Source: a virus
Virus record (IMG/VR): IMGVR_UViG_3300015189_000003
Coordinates: 2,050 to 66,049 of that record
Strand: one strand, 5' to 3'
DNA length: 64,000 nucleotides
Under the pieces are notes generated by a model that ran no database searches, was not told where the DNA came from, and worked only from the letters and a program-made list of their open reading frames with translations. Every line of letters begins with the position of its first letter. Positions within the stretch are counted from its first letter, which is position 1. The translations under genes and the position numbers were made by a program. Shown here piece after piece: positions 26,319-34,217 of this stretch.

Positions 26319-26500
26319 GCCATCCGCCTTTCCCAGTCCGTCAGTTCACGGAACCGTTTGACTTCGGCCAGGACGCGGCGGAGGTGGGACTTGGCGATGT
26401 CGTAGGCTTCACCGTGGCCAGATTGTCGCATGGCCTCGTCGGTCGCCAGTTCGAGCCGTGCGGCGAGTTGTCGCGGCAGGGCGATTGCGGTAGATTGCAT
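26315..26500 (-). CDS. Hypothetical protein
   Basis: First ORF after the promoter, AAAGGA SD. Confidence 0.6.
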   Translation of the reverse strand: MQSTAIALPRQLAARLELATDEAMRQSGHGEAYDIAKSHLRRVLAEVKRFRELTDWERRMA

Positions 26501-26538
26501 CGGTCGTTTCCTTTCGTGAATGAGGGGTTTCGGCTTCG

Positions 26539-26576
26539 GGCCGTTCGCGTGGACAAGACGCGAGCGGCCTTTTTTT
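26539..26576 (+). terminator. Intrinsic terminator facing the plus strand
   Basis: 12-bp stem GGCCGTTCGCGT/ACGCGAGCGGCC followed by T7. Confidence 0.7.
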
Positions 26577-26596
26577 ATTTATCGACCACACAGCCA

Positions 26597-26640
26597 AGTC
26601 TAATTAGTTAGACAACCAAGTCAAGCCCGGTATTGTCTAA
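26597..26640 (-). promoter_or_regulatory. Sigma70-like promoter with overlapping operator
   Basis: TTGACT-N16-TAGACT; GTCTAA-TTAG-TTAGAC palindrome plus another GTCTAA half-site. Confidence 0.55.
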
Positions 26641-26665
26641 TTTTCTGGATTTCTTGAAAATCGGC

Positions 26666-26938
26666 CTATTTGCCGGCTATTTTCTTCAAAATTTCTTCGG
26701 ACGGGGCGACATTTTGCCACTTGCCGAGCCGAAACAATTTGGCGATTTCAGGCCAGTGAGCCAGAGAGCCGCCGACGCCTTCACCGCGAAGCCAGTTGAA
26801 AACCGTCGCCCGGCTGACGTTTAGTTTTTCCGCCAGCTTGAGCGCGTTCATCCCTTTGGACCGCATGAGATAGCCCAGGTAGATAGCGACCTGCCCTTCG
26901 GGCGTTGTCGCGTCGGGATGAGTCTTTCGGGGACGCAT
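26666..26938 (-). CDS. XRE-family HTH regulator
   Basis: MNALKLAEKLNVSRATVFNWLRG. Confidence 0.8.
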   Translation of the reverse strand: MRPRKTHPDATTPEGQVAIYLGYLMRSKGMNALKLAEKLNVSRATVFNWLRGEGVGGSLAHWPEIAKLFRLGKWQNVAPSEEILKKIAGK

Positions 26939-26987
26939 CCCAATAATCCTACCCCTCGTCGTCGTCACGCTCCACCCCCTGCCTTCT

Positions 26988-27206
26988 TTAGCAATGGCCT
27001 TTCAACGCCACCAGCCCCTTACAAACCCGCACGCACTCGACAAACCGCTCGACCGCCCAATCGACCCAGTCTTGGCCCTTGAGTTTGAACGCGATGCCAT
27101 ATGTCCTGGCCGCCTCGTAGGGAGGAGACGTAAAGACCAAATCGACGGACTTGTCCGGCATCGCCTTCATTAGTTCGAGGCAGTCGCCGCAGAGGATACT
27201 ACCCAC
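26988..27206 (-). pseudogene. Truncated N4/N6 DNA methyltransferase
   Basis: CGDCLELM...VDLVFTSPPY, ends after ~70 aa with no SAM-binding motif. Confidence 0.8.
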
Positions 27207-27678
27207 GTCCCACCCCCATAAATCCCGTTCGGCCTTGCCGGTAGCCGCCCGTCCGCTGGTCGAGCCGGCGGCTTTGCTGGTCGTGCCCCCAGGTCGATTC
27301 GCCGGCCGCTTGCTTGGCCGCCCGGATTGCCAGGTAGGCCGCCTCGTGGTCCGGCGAGAGGCAGACCTTGTTGTCCTCGTGGGGCGGAGCGTCAGGGTCG
27401 TGAAACCGGTGCTTTTTTACCTTGTGCCAGCGGTTAAATTCGGCCATCGTGTAGGCCATGCCGACCTCCCGTCCAGAGACAGGCTTTCGCTTCCTCCGCT
27501 TCTTCTTCTTGGCCGGCTTTGGTTCAGCCGTCCGGCCCGACCTGGCCTTGACCGACGACCGTGGGACCGTGCGGACGAGCCCGCTTTCCTCGTATTTGAC
27601 GCGAGCCGACTCGACGCCAGCGTCCCCGAGGAATTCGGCAAAGACGCCTTGGACTTTGATTTTATGGCCGATTTTCAT
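27199..27678 (-). CDS. Hypothetical basic protein
   Basis: 159-aa ORF with GGAGG SD. Confidence 0.65.
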   Translation of the reverse strand: MKIGHKIKVQGVFAEFLGDAGVESARVKYEESGLVRTVPRSSVKARSGRTAEPKPAKKKKRRKRKPVSGREVGMAYTMAEFNRWHKVKKHRFHDPDAPPHEDNKVCLSPDHEAAYLAIRAAKQAAGESTWGHDQQSRRLDQRTGGYRQGRTGFMGVGRG

Positions 27679-27798
27679 CTTAAAAATCCTCCAATCCGTC
27701 GTCTTCGGTGACGGCGTACAACGCCCAAAATCCGAAGAGCATGAGTACCGAAAACGCGACGATGAACAGTTGGCCTGCGGGCGGGATGTAGTTCATGG

Positions 27799-28227
27799 CT
27801 AGTACTCCTCCGCCTCTATTCGCGTGATAAAGAAGTGGATGCCACCAGCACACTCAATCGCGTAATCCTCGTTCCATTCGCGCGGCTTCACGGTTTGCCC
27901 GATGCGGTATTCCGTCTTGCCGTCGTAATTCGCCACGCCGAAATCAGCACCGATGACTTCCAGCACTTCCGCAAACTCCGCTCGGCACTTGCGGCCAAAG
28001 GCGTGTGACCGCTTGGCGGCTTCTGGGATGCGGAGCTTGACGATTACCCCGTTGCGGCATTTCTTCCAGCCGATCAATGCGCCTTCTGGAAGGATGCGAG
28101 TGCTAGCGATGGCGAGTTCGGCGTTTTTCGCCTCGTACAGGTTCGCCCTGATTCCAGTCGCCTCGCCTTTCAAAAAGCGATAGTGAGCGTCGAGGACTTC
28201 CTTGATTTGTTCTGGCATGTACTTCAC
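27799..28227 (-). CDS. DUF5758-like protein (usually pentapeptide-associated)
   Basis: IGWKK...IVKLRIPE.AKRS.A.GRKCRAE...ECAGGIHFFITR. Confidence 0.75.
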   Translation of the reverse strand: MKYMPEQIKEVLDAHYRFLKGEATGIRANLYEAKNAELAIASTRILPEGALIGWKKCRNGVIVKLRIPEAAKRSHAFGRKCRAEFAEVLEVIGADFGVANYDGKTEYRIGQTVKPREWNEDYAIECAGGIHFFITRIEAEEY

Positions 28228-28388
28228 TTTCCAGCCTCCTTATCCTTGAGTTCGTCCCGCAGGATCCGGACTTCCTTCGGCGCTTCGATGCCGATGCGGA
28301 CTTTGTCGCCCCTGATTTGCGTGACCGTGATTTTGATGTTTTCGCCAATCGTCAACACTTCACCGACCCGTCTCGATAAAACTAAAAT
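28224..28388 (-). CDS. csrA: Carbon storage regulator CsrA homologue, ATT start
   Basis: (I)LVLSRRVGE.LTIGENI.ITV.QIRGDKVRIGIEAPKEVRILRDEL; AAGGAGG 6 nt before ATT. Confidence 0.9.
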   Translation of the reverse strand: MLVLSRRVGEVLTIGENIKITVTQIRGDKVRIGIEAPKEVRILRDELKDKEAGK

Positions 28389-28399
28389 GGGACACCTCC

Positions 28400-29065
28400 T
28401 TAAAAAGCTGCTGCCGGCGTTCAGCTCCCATGCTTCGACCGGACCAGCAGCGTGAAATCCTTTTCGGGCGATTCCTCTACCGCCGCTCCATTTCCTACAG
28501 TGCTCAGGCAGGGAGTCGCACCCCATTCATTTTGTCACTGTTGCGGTACACCCTGGCCACGTTCGCCAGGACCAACAACTCGGGGACCTACGTCCCAATC
28601 CCAAGCATTTGCCGGGTCGTTCCCGCTTTCGCGTCGTGCCATTGACCCGGCCTCATCAGGCACACTTTTAGTTATCTACTTCACTTCGCACCTCCCGCCG
28701 ACTCGGGTCCAATGCTTGGCGTCGTGCGTGACTACCACTTGCGACCAGTTTCCCAGCCGCTTCAAGGACTCACCGGCTCGCCCCCTTTGCTATTCGGCGA
28801 CCTTCGCACGTCTGTTCCGGTTCGTCTTGGGAATCGCTACTCCCAGTCTTCAAAATGGTCAGCCGAAACTTTCGCCCCGGCTGACCCGTCTCAATTTCCC
28901 AAACACTGAATGACGTCGATTGGCTGTATCACTCCCGGCTCGAACGTCTCACCGGCCAATTCCGCTGGTAACAGGCAGCGGCCTCATGGCGGAGGTGTGT
29001 TTGCCGTGGGTTGCCCGCCACGGCGTCGGGGTTACTACTAATAACTACCCGGCTACAAGCCGAGA
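28400..29065 (-). ncRNA. Candidate large structured non-coding RNA
   Basis: No credible ORF; many hairpins, several with GNRA loops, and long-range 9-bp and 8-bp helices. Confidence 0.5.
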
Positions 29066-29076
29066 TGCTTAAAATC

Positions 29077-29322
29077 TCACGAATAATAAGTTGCCCACAG
29101 GTCGGCGAAGTGCTCGACGGTTTCAGCGAAGCACTCGTCGCAGCAGGTCACCCAGTTTGATTCCTCGTTGACATAAGCCGTATTCATTCGACGCCTACAG
29201 ACAGCGGTAACGCGGTGGCATCCAGGACACTCCGCCGTTTGCGCCGGCTCGCTAATGTCGAGCCCCGCCTGTACGGCACGAGCCGTCCTCGTGGCCAAAA
29301 AATGTTTTTCAATCGCGTCCAT
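29077..29322 (-). CDS. Hypothetical Cys-containing protein
   Basis: CPGC...CCDEC. Confidence 0.6.
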   Translation of the reverse strand: MDAIEKHFLATRTARAVQAGLDISEPAQTAECPGCHRVTAVCRRRMNTAYVNEESNWVTCCDECFAETVEHFADLWATYYS

Positions 29323-29517
29323 AAAGTAGTACCCCTAAAGACTGCCGGCGGGAATCAAACCCGCCCTAACCGGTTTCGCGGACATCCTGCCGCTACTCCC
29401 GTCGATAAACCAATCAGCAGTCGTCTTCCGGTTCCGCGTCTCGTGGCCCGAGCAGGCCCGCGGTCCCGAATGATTCTCTAAACGCCCCGAGGCGTTCCAA
29501 AATGTCGTGCAATGTTT

Positions 29518-29715
29518 TCATGTCCGGCGTGAGGATGGTGACGTCGTCGCCGATGCTGGCCGAGCAGTTGTCTTTTTCGATGACGATTTCGACCATCCTC
29601 GTGCCTCCAGTGCGTCGAGAGCTTCTTCCAGTGCTTGCTTGGACGGCGCGACGAGCTTCGTCCCGTCCGGCCAAGTAAACGTCCATTCGTTGTTGGTGAT
29701 TGTGAGGGTGGGCAT
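29518..29715 (-). CDS. Hypothetical protein
   Basis: 65-aa ORF with AAGGA SD. Confidence 0.45.
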   Translation of the reverse strand: MPTLTITNNEWTFTWPDGTKLVAPSKQALEEALDALEARGWSKSSSKKTTARPASATTSPSSRRT

Positions 29716-29717
29716 AG

Positions 29718-30020
29718 TTAGTCCTTTTCGGATTCCGCGATCCAGGCGGCCTTGTGAGCGTCTTTCATTTTTCGAAAGTCAACCCATTTTTTAATCACGT
29801 AACTTTCGTGGTATGGAAACATGTCATCCACCGGGTCTAGGCCGACAATTCTTGACCACTCCTCGATTATTTCAGCGACAAGTGCGGGGCGTGCTAGCCT
29901 AGTCGAGTTAATGATGTTGTCGCTGCCGGGCTTTTTTCCGGACGCGACCCATCGCGAGTAAACCAGGCATATCGCCCGGCACAGATAAACCGGGTCAGCC
30001 TCCTCGTAGTAGTGCCCCAT
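29718..30020 (-). CDS. Hypothetical protein
   Basis: ATG 30020, overlapping the MTase 3' end. Confidence 0.5.
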   Translation of the reverse strand: MGHYYEEADPVYLCRAICLVYSRWVASGKKPGSDNIINSTRLARPALVAEIIEEWSRIVGLDPVDDMFPYHESYVIKKWVDFRKMKDAHKAAWIAESEKD

Positions 30021-30891
30021 TGGAAGAAACGAAGCTGATTCGCATTGCGATCCACCGCATGACGTTGACGCAGAAGGCGTTTCCAATTGCGTGCTTCCGT
30101 TGGCTGTCTGACCATCCCTCGATTTTCGTGTACCCATCTGGAATTCCTTGTAATCGTTCCCACTCAGTTACAGTTAGTTTCCGACACATTCCTTTTCCGA
30201 CGAAGCCGACCCCCTCGCCGCCCTGCTGGGAGCGGAGCGTTGGGACTTTTTCGATTCCGTACTTGGGTGTTTCGTCCCCCGTCCACCCAAAGAGAATCTC
30301 TCTATGGCTTTCAGGAGAAGATTGCCCTGGCCCGCATACTTCGCCAGCCTCGTTGTCAGCCTGGATATTTGATGTTCCGTCAAACAGAACGCTTGCTGGA
30401 CGCTGCCAGCTTCGATAATGTCCGACAACAAAGAGACGCTTGCGTCTCTGGGGGACTCCGAAGTATTGAGCGTCCAGCACTCGCCACGAAAACCCATACC
30501 CGAGTTTTGCCAGCCCCCCGAGCAAGGAGCCAAAAGCCCGTCCGCCGTCGATTCGCAAGACATTGGGGACGTTTTCCCACACGACCCAACTTGGACGAGT
30601 GTCGCCAATGATTTCGCAGAATCGTTGCGTAAGTTTTCCACGAGGGTCATCCATGCCTCTTCCAAGCCCCTGGACGCTAAACGACTGGCAGGGCGTTCCG
30701 CCGACAATAAGGTCAACTGCCGGGAAGTTTTTCGCGGTTGTGATGTCGCCGAGGTTTTTGACATTGGGATACTTTTCTTTCAGTAGCGCGCAACAGAACG
30801 GGTCTATTTCGGAAAACCAGCCAGCTTCCCAGTGTTCAGGAAAAGCTAAAGTAGCGGTTTCAATTCCGCTGCAAATGCTGCCGTATCTCAC
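29995..30891 (-). CDS. C5-cytosine DNA methyltransferase (monomeric)
   Basis: CSGIE, GTPCQSFS, ENVP, QRRKRLF, motif IX RKLTVTEWERLQGIP, motif X GNAF. Confidence 0.92.
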   Translation of the reverse strand: MRYGSICSGIETATLAFPEHWEAGWFSEIDPFCCALLKEKYPNVKNLGDITTAKNFPAVDLIVGGTPCQSFSVQGLGRGMDDPRGKLTQRFCEIIGDTRPSWVVWENVPNVLRIDGGRAFGSLLGGLAKLGYGFSWRVLDAQYFGVPQRRKRLFVVGHYRSWQRPASVLFDGTSNIQADNEAGEVCGPGQSSPESHREILFGWTGDETPKYGIEKVPTLRSQQGGEGVGFVGKGMCRKLTVTEWERLQGIPDGYTKIEGWSDSQRKHAIGNAFCVNVMRWIAMRISFVSSNGALLRGG

Positions 30892-31029
30892 TGTGTTTTT
30901 TCATCCTTGAGTTGTCGAATCCGTTAGGGCGGATTCACGCAGACGCATGATGCAGTCCGCAAAGAAGTCCGCTGTTGTTTTCTTCCACAATCGTCCCGGT
31001 TCTAGTCGGTTCGTTTGTGTGATTTAGGA

Positions 31030-31058
31030 AAGGTATCCGATGTATCGGACAATTACAA
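31030..31058 (-). promoter_or_regulatory. Early promoter with operator palindrome
   Basis: TTGTAA-N17-TACCTT with TCCGAT-AC-ATCGGA in the spacer. Confidence 0.5.
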
Positions 31059-31103
31059 GCGGGCTTTTGACGGAATTCCGAAAATAATTTTTAGACCGTG
31101 AAT

Positions 31104-31343
31104 TTACGCCATTTTATGCATTGGCGGACGCCCTGGATTGCGCCGTGTAGCCGCAAAAGTGTCCAGAGCCGATTGCGAAATCAAATAGACATCCCCGAGG
31201 ATTCCGGCTGGAATAATCTCACGGTTGACGTAGCGCCGCACGGTGTCAGCCTTCATCCGCAGCTTTTTAGCGGCTTGCTCGCATGTATAGTAACCAGGAA
31301 CACTGATTGCTTTTTTCGGGTCTTTTTTAGTTGCCACTGGCAT
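31104..31343 (-). CDS. HTH_17/excisionase-like DNA-binding protein, probably leaderless
   Basis: YYTCEQAAKKLRMKADTVRRYV. Confidence 0.75.
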   Translation of the reverse strand: MPVATKKDPKKAISVPGYYTCEQAAKKLRMKADTVRRYVNREIIPAGILGDVYLISQSALDTFAATRRNPGRPPMHKMA

Positions 31344-31349
31344 GCCCCT

Positions 31350-31378
31350 ATAGTACACTTGCATCGGACAATTAGCAA
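31350..31378 (-). promoter_or_regulatory. Promoter giving a leaderless transcript
   Basis: TTGCTA-N17-TACTAT-6 nt-ATG. Confidence 0.6.
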
Positions 31379-31381
31379 TAA

Positions 31382-31585
31382 GCGAAAGGCTCATTCGCCG
31401 GCTTGCCGTTCGACCGCAAAAGCATGTTCCACCGGATGAGGAAGTCGGTGGCGAGCCACTTCCAGGCGGCCGGCTGGAATGCCACGGCGTTACTCGGGCA
31501 TCAGGATGCCAGGACGACGAGGGCTTACATCGACGAGCGTATTAGCCCGGCACCCCAGGCGATTGACCGCCTGTTCCGCCCATAG
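31382..31585 (+). pseudogene. C-terminal stub of a tyrosine integrase
   Basis: FHRMRKS (HxxR), LLGH, TTRAYI (catalytic Tyr); in-frame TAA at 31379 upstream, no N-terminal part. Confidence 0.8.
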
Positions 31586-31586
31586 C

Positions 31587-31964
31587 TCACTTCGCCCGCA
31601 GCTTTTGCCGTCTTTCGGGGGGATTGCCGAGCCGGTCGGCCAGCTCCACGTCATATTGCTCCCAGGACTCACGGTAGGACGCGCAGCGAATCCGCCTCAG
31701 TTGGATGCCATCCGTCCAAAAACACTCCCAATGGCCCCCGTGACGCACTGGCAGGCATTCCGGCGACTTCACCGACCGCCAGTCGATCAGCTCGTGATGG
31801 TCGGTTTTCCACCGGTAGAAGAGCAGCTGGTCGAGGACATGCCGGCCGTCGCCGTCAAAAAAGTGATTGACCTCGACGACATCGACCGACTCTTCGAGGA
31901 CGATCCGGTCGTGATGCGACCCCATCGACAGGACCGCGACGAGGAAGGCGGCGGCAAGGGTCAT
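31587..31964 (-). CDS. Secreted hypothetical protein
   Basis: Signal-like N-terminus, VDVVEVNHFFD...DQLLFYRW. Confidence 0.65.
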   Translation of the reverse strand: MTLAAAFLVAVLSMGSHHDRIVLEESVDVVEVNHFFDGDGRHVLDQLLFYRWKTDHHELIDWRSVKSPECLPVRHGGHWECFWTDGIQLRRIRCASYRESWEQYDVELADRLGNPPERRQKLRAK

Positions 31965-32311
31965 GGAGCGTCCCGCAGGAACGTAACGACGAGTTCATGG
32001 TCGTATTTCGGGTCGAGCTTATTCCAAAATACGCGACGGCCGCCGTCGCCTTCTTCTTCGTCGAGGACGAACGGAGGAAAGACCTCGACAAGTTCTTTTT
32101 TCCCGTCTGGCGTGACGCGATAGCCGCGGACCCACAGGACGTGCCAACTAGACCGCAGGCGAAATTCCTGAATCGGCTGGACGTCCTGCTTGTAGACGTA
32201 AATCCCGACAGTCATTGCCGGAGGACCATGGGGGCGAAGAGCAACAAAGGCCAGCGCCGCACAGGCGAAAACCAAAAGCCAATACAGCGTCCAAATCGTC
32301 GCCTTAATCAC
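31961..32311 (-). CDS. Membrane-anchored hypothetical protein
   Basis: Hydrophobic N-terminus. Confidence 0.6.
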   Translation of the reverse strand: MIKATIWTLYWLLVFACAALAFVALRPHGPPAMTVGIYVYKQDVQPIQEFRLRSSWHVLWVRGYRVTPDGKKELVEVFPPFVLDEEEGDGGRRVFWNKLDPKYDHELVVTFLRDAP

Positions 32312-32565
32312 ATCGGCCCCCTAAACTCCGTCGCCGTTAGCACAAACTCAGCCGGCGAGACAAACTCGTCTTTTAATCTGAAACGCGCGAGTTCATTTAG
32401 CGTTTCCCGGTCGAGCGTCACGCGCCCGCCGGCGTACTTGGCAATTACCCAGGCCGCGACGTGCTTGTACGTCCACGGCAAGAGGTGAATCTCAGCCGTT
32501 GGCTTTCCACCCGAGGGCGGGCCCCCGGGCGTGACTTCGAGCGTCTTTTCGTAGAGCGGGGTCAT
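32308..32565 (-). CDS. Hypothetical protein
   Basis: MTPLYEK..., ATGA-coupled. Confidence 0.5.
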   Translation of the reverse strand: MTPLYEKTLEVTPGGPPSGGKPTAEIHLLPWTYKHVAAWVIAKYAGGRVTLDRETLNELARFRLKDEFVSPAEFVLTATEFRGPM

Positions 32566-33392
32566 TTGGCCCCCTCCACTGTGATTTTTTCGAGGTCTTC
32601 CAGGCTTGGCATCGCGGCCTTCTCGTCGATCGCCCAAAGCAAATCATGTTTCGTGGCGAATTCCTTGAGCCGTCTGGCCGGAACGATCAGGTTGAACGTC
32701 TCGCCGGCCCCGCGGACGAGCATTCCGCAGTATTGGCCGGCTGTCGGACCTTCCGCGATGAAGACCCCGCCGCCCGAGCTCCCCGGAAATGCCGTGACAG
32801 TCGTTTGGTCGAACAGAATCGGCCGATTATTGAGCGTGATGACTCGCCCGACTTGCGACAGGATGCCGGTCGTCATCGAGTTACTTCCGCCCTGACCGAG
32901 CAGCGAGCCGACATGAAAGAGCTTGACGCCGATTTCCGCCGGCGCGTCTTCGAGGGAAAAAACCGTGTTGGCTTTGACGAAATCCCGCTTGTAGAGCACG
33001 CACAACGCCAAATCTTCGCCGTTTTCGGCGTCGCTGTACTTGAGTATCCGGCCTTCCATCTTGACTTCGCCGACCTTCCGGCCGTTTTCCACGAGGTCTT
33101 TCGAGACAAACATCGGCTTAAATTCGACGACTTTTTTCGGCGAGCCGGCGACGATAATGTCCCGTTCGGCCCGCAGGGAGTCGACGACATGCGCCGCCGT
33201 CCAAACGAAATTGACCTTGGCCGTTTCAGGGCCGGCAGTCTTGACCTTGGTTTCTCGGGTCACAATGACGCCGGAGCCGCTACCGTTGCCCGCGTGGACC
33301 GTGACGCTAATGTCCTGCAGATGTTGAGGGAGCGATTGAGCCCAGGCCACAGAGGGGGCCAAGAGAAGGGCAAGGAGGAGAAGGGGACGCAT
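32562..33392 (-). CDS. Secreted trypsin-like serine protease
   Basis: Signal peptide, TAAHVV (His), DLAL (Asp), GSSGG (Ser). Confidence 0.85.
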   Translation of the reverse strand: MRPLLLLALLLAPSVAWAQSLPQHLQDISVTVHAGNGSGSGVIVTRETKVKTAGPETAKVNFVWTAAHVVDSLRAERDIIVAGSPKKVVEFKPMFVSKDLVENGRKVGEVKMEGRILKYSDAENGEDLALCVLYKRDFVKANTVFSLEDAPAEIGVKLFHVGSLLGQGGSNSMTTGILSQVGRVITLNNRPILFDQTTVTAFPGSSGGGVFIAEGPTAGQYCGMLVRGAGETFNLIVPARRLKEFATKHDLLWAIDEKAAMPSLEDLEKITVEGAK

Positions 33393-33405
33393 GAGAACAA
33401 TCCTT

Positions 33406-33786
33406 TCAAGAGGGGGGAACAGAATCGCCAATCTTTGGAGGCGGCAGAGTCTGCAGCGATGCCGGCAGGGTTCCTTCCGCGATCCAGTGTTCGGTTTGCA
33501 GCAGGCACATGAAATTCCAGACCGCCATCGCCAAATGGTCCTCGTCCCGCCTTCCGCCAAGGTGCTTCATCGCGTGACGCAACCCCGAGTCCATATACCG
33601 ATGCGTCGGGATGCCTTTCTCCCAGTTCCTGTCCGCATATTTGCGCCCGCCCGCCTCGTAGATTTTCGCCAACCGTTCGAGGGCTTCGTAGGGAATCAGG
33701 TCAAATCGACCCTTTCCGGTTTCGGCATCCCGCACAGCGCCCGTGTCGAATTCCGTCCGCGTCCCCGAGTCCTTGATTTCCGCCAT
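33406..33786 (-). CDS. DUF5664 dATP/dGTP diphosphohydrolase-domain protein
   Basis: GKGRFDLIP...GGRKYADRNWEKGIP...RH...EDHLA. Confidence 0.85.
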   Translation of the reverse strand: MAEIKDSGTRTEFDTGAVRDAETGKGRFDLIPYEALERLAKIYEAGGRKYADRNWEKGIPTHRYMDSGLRHAMKHLGGRRDEDHLAMAVWNFMCLLQTEHWIAEGTLPASLQTLPPPKIGDSVPPS

Positions 33787-34130
33787 TACTCCCCATCCTC
33801 CCCGTTAAAATGCTCGACCAAAGTTGCAATATCAGTGAAAACCGGAATGTTCCATTCTCGAGCGTGCTCGACCTCCACGTCGGCCCCCATCGAGGCCCCC
33901 GGCAGCCGCAAGACCGCCTCCGCGCACTCCACCCAAGGCAAGTCCGAGTCGAGCCATGTCCGATGAGGAATGTCCCAGCACCCCGGCAGCTTCATGCAAA
34001 GCATCGGGTTTAGGACCGCAAAGCCAGCGGCCAACAGAGCTTTGTGAGCGTCCGCGGCCTGATTGAAGTTGTGCTCCCGGTCCCCTTGGGTAATTGGGCC
34101 GGCCAGATAGACCCGAATTCGGTCACTCAT
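33786..34130 (-). CDS. DUF4406 / nucleoside 2-deoxyribosyltransferase-like protein
   Basis: VYLAGPIT...NF...LNP...D..WVECAEAVLRLPG.S.GA..E. Confidence 0.8.
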   Translation of the reverse strand: MSDRIRVYLAGPITQGDREHNFNQAADAHKALLAAGFAVLNPMLCMKLPGCWDIPHRTWLDSDLPWVECAEAVLRLPGASMGADVEVEHAREWNIPVFTDIATLVEHFNGEDGE

Positions 34131-34217
34131 TGGTGTCTCCCGCGTAGAGAATCGCCAGCGCGCCGAGCGTGATGAACGCCGTCCCGGAGACGATATAGAT
34201 AATTGCCAGTATCAGAC

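Noticed and set aside
27799-28227. Loss of pentapeptide repeats in the DUF5758-like gene as a novelty
   Set aside because: Repeat number is highly variable in this family; unremarkable.
28600-28660. Hammerhead ribozyme suggested by CTGATGA...GAAA
   Set aside because: Stem II does not close directly onto GAAA, and no stem III/cleavage triplet geometry could be built.
28500-29065. CsrB-like sponge based on GGA count
   Set aside because: GGA frequency over most of the region looks close to that expected from its composition; only the last ~100 nt before csrA look enriched.
33406-33786. 2-aminoadenine (dZ) or 7-deazaguanine genome
   Set aside because: DUF5664 is present, but no PurZ, QueC/D/E, FolE, DpdA or phage DNA polymerase is recognisable.
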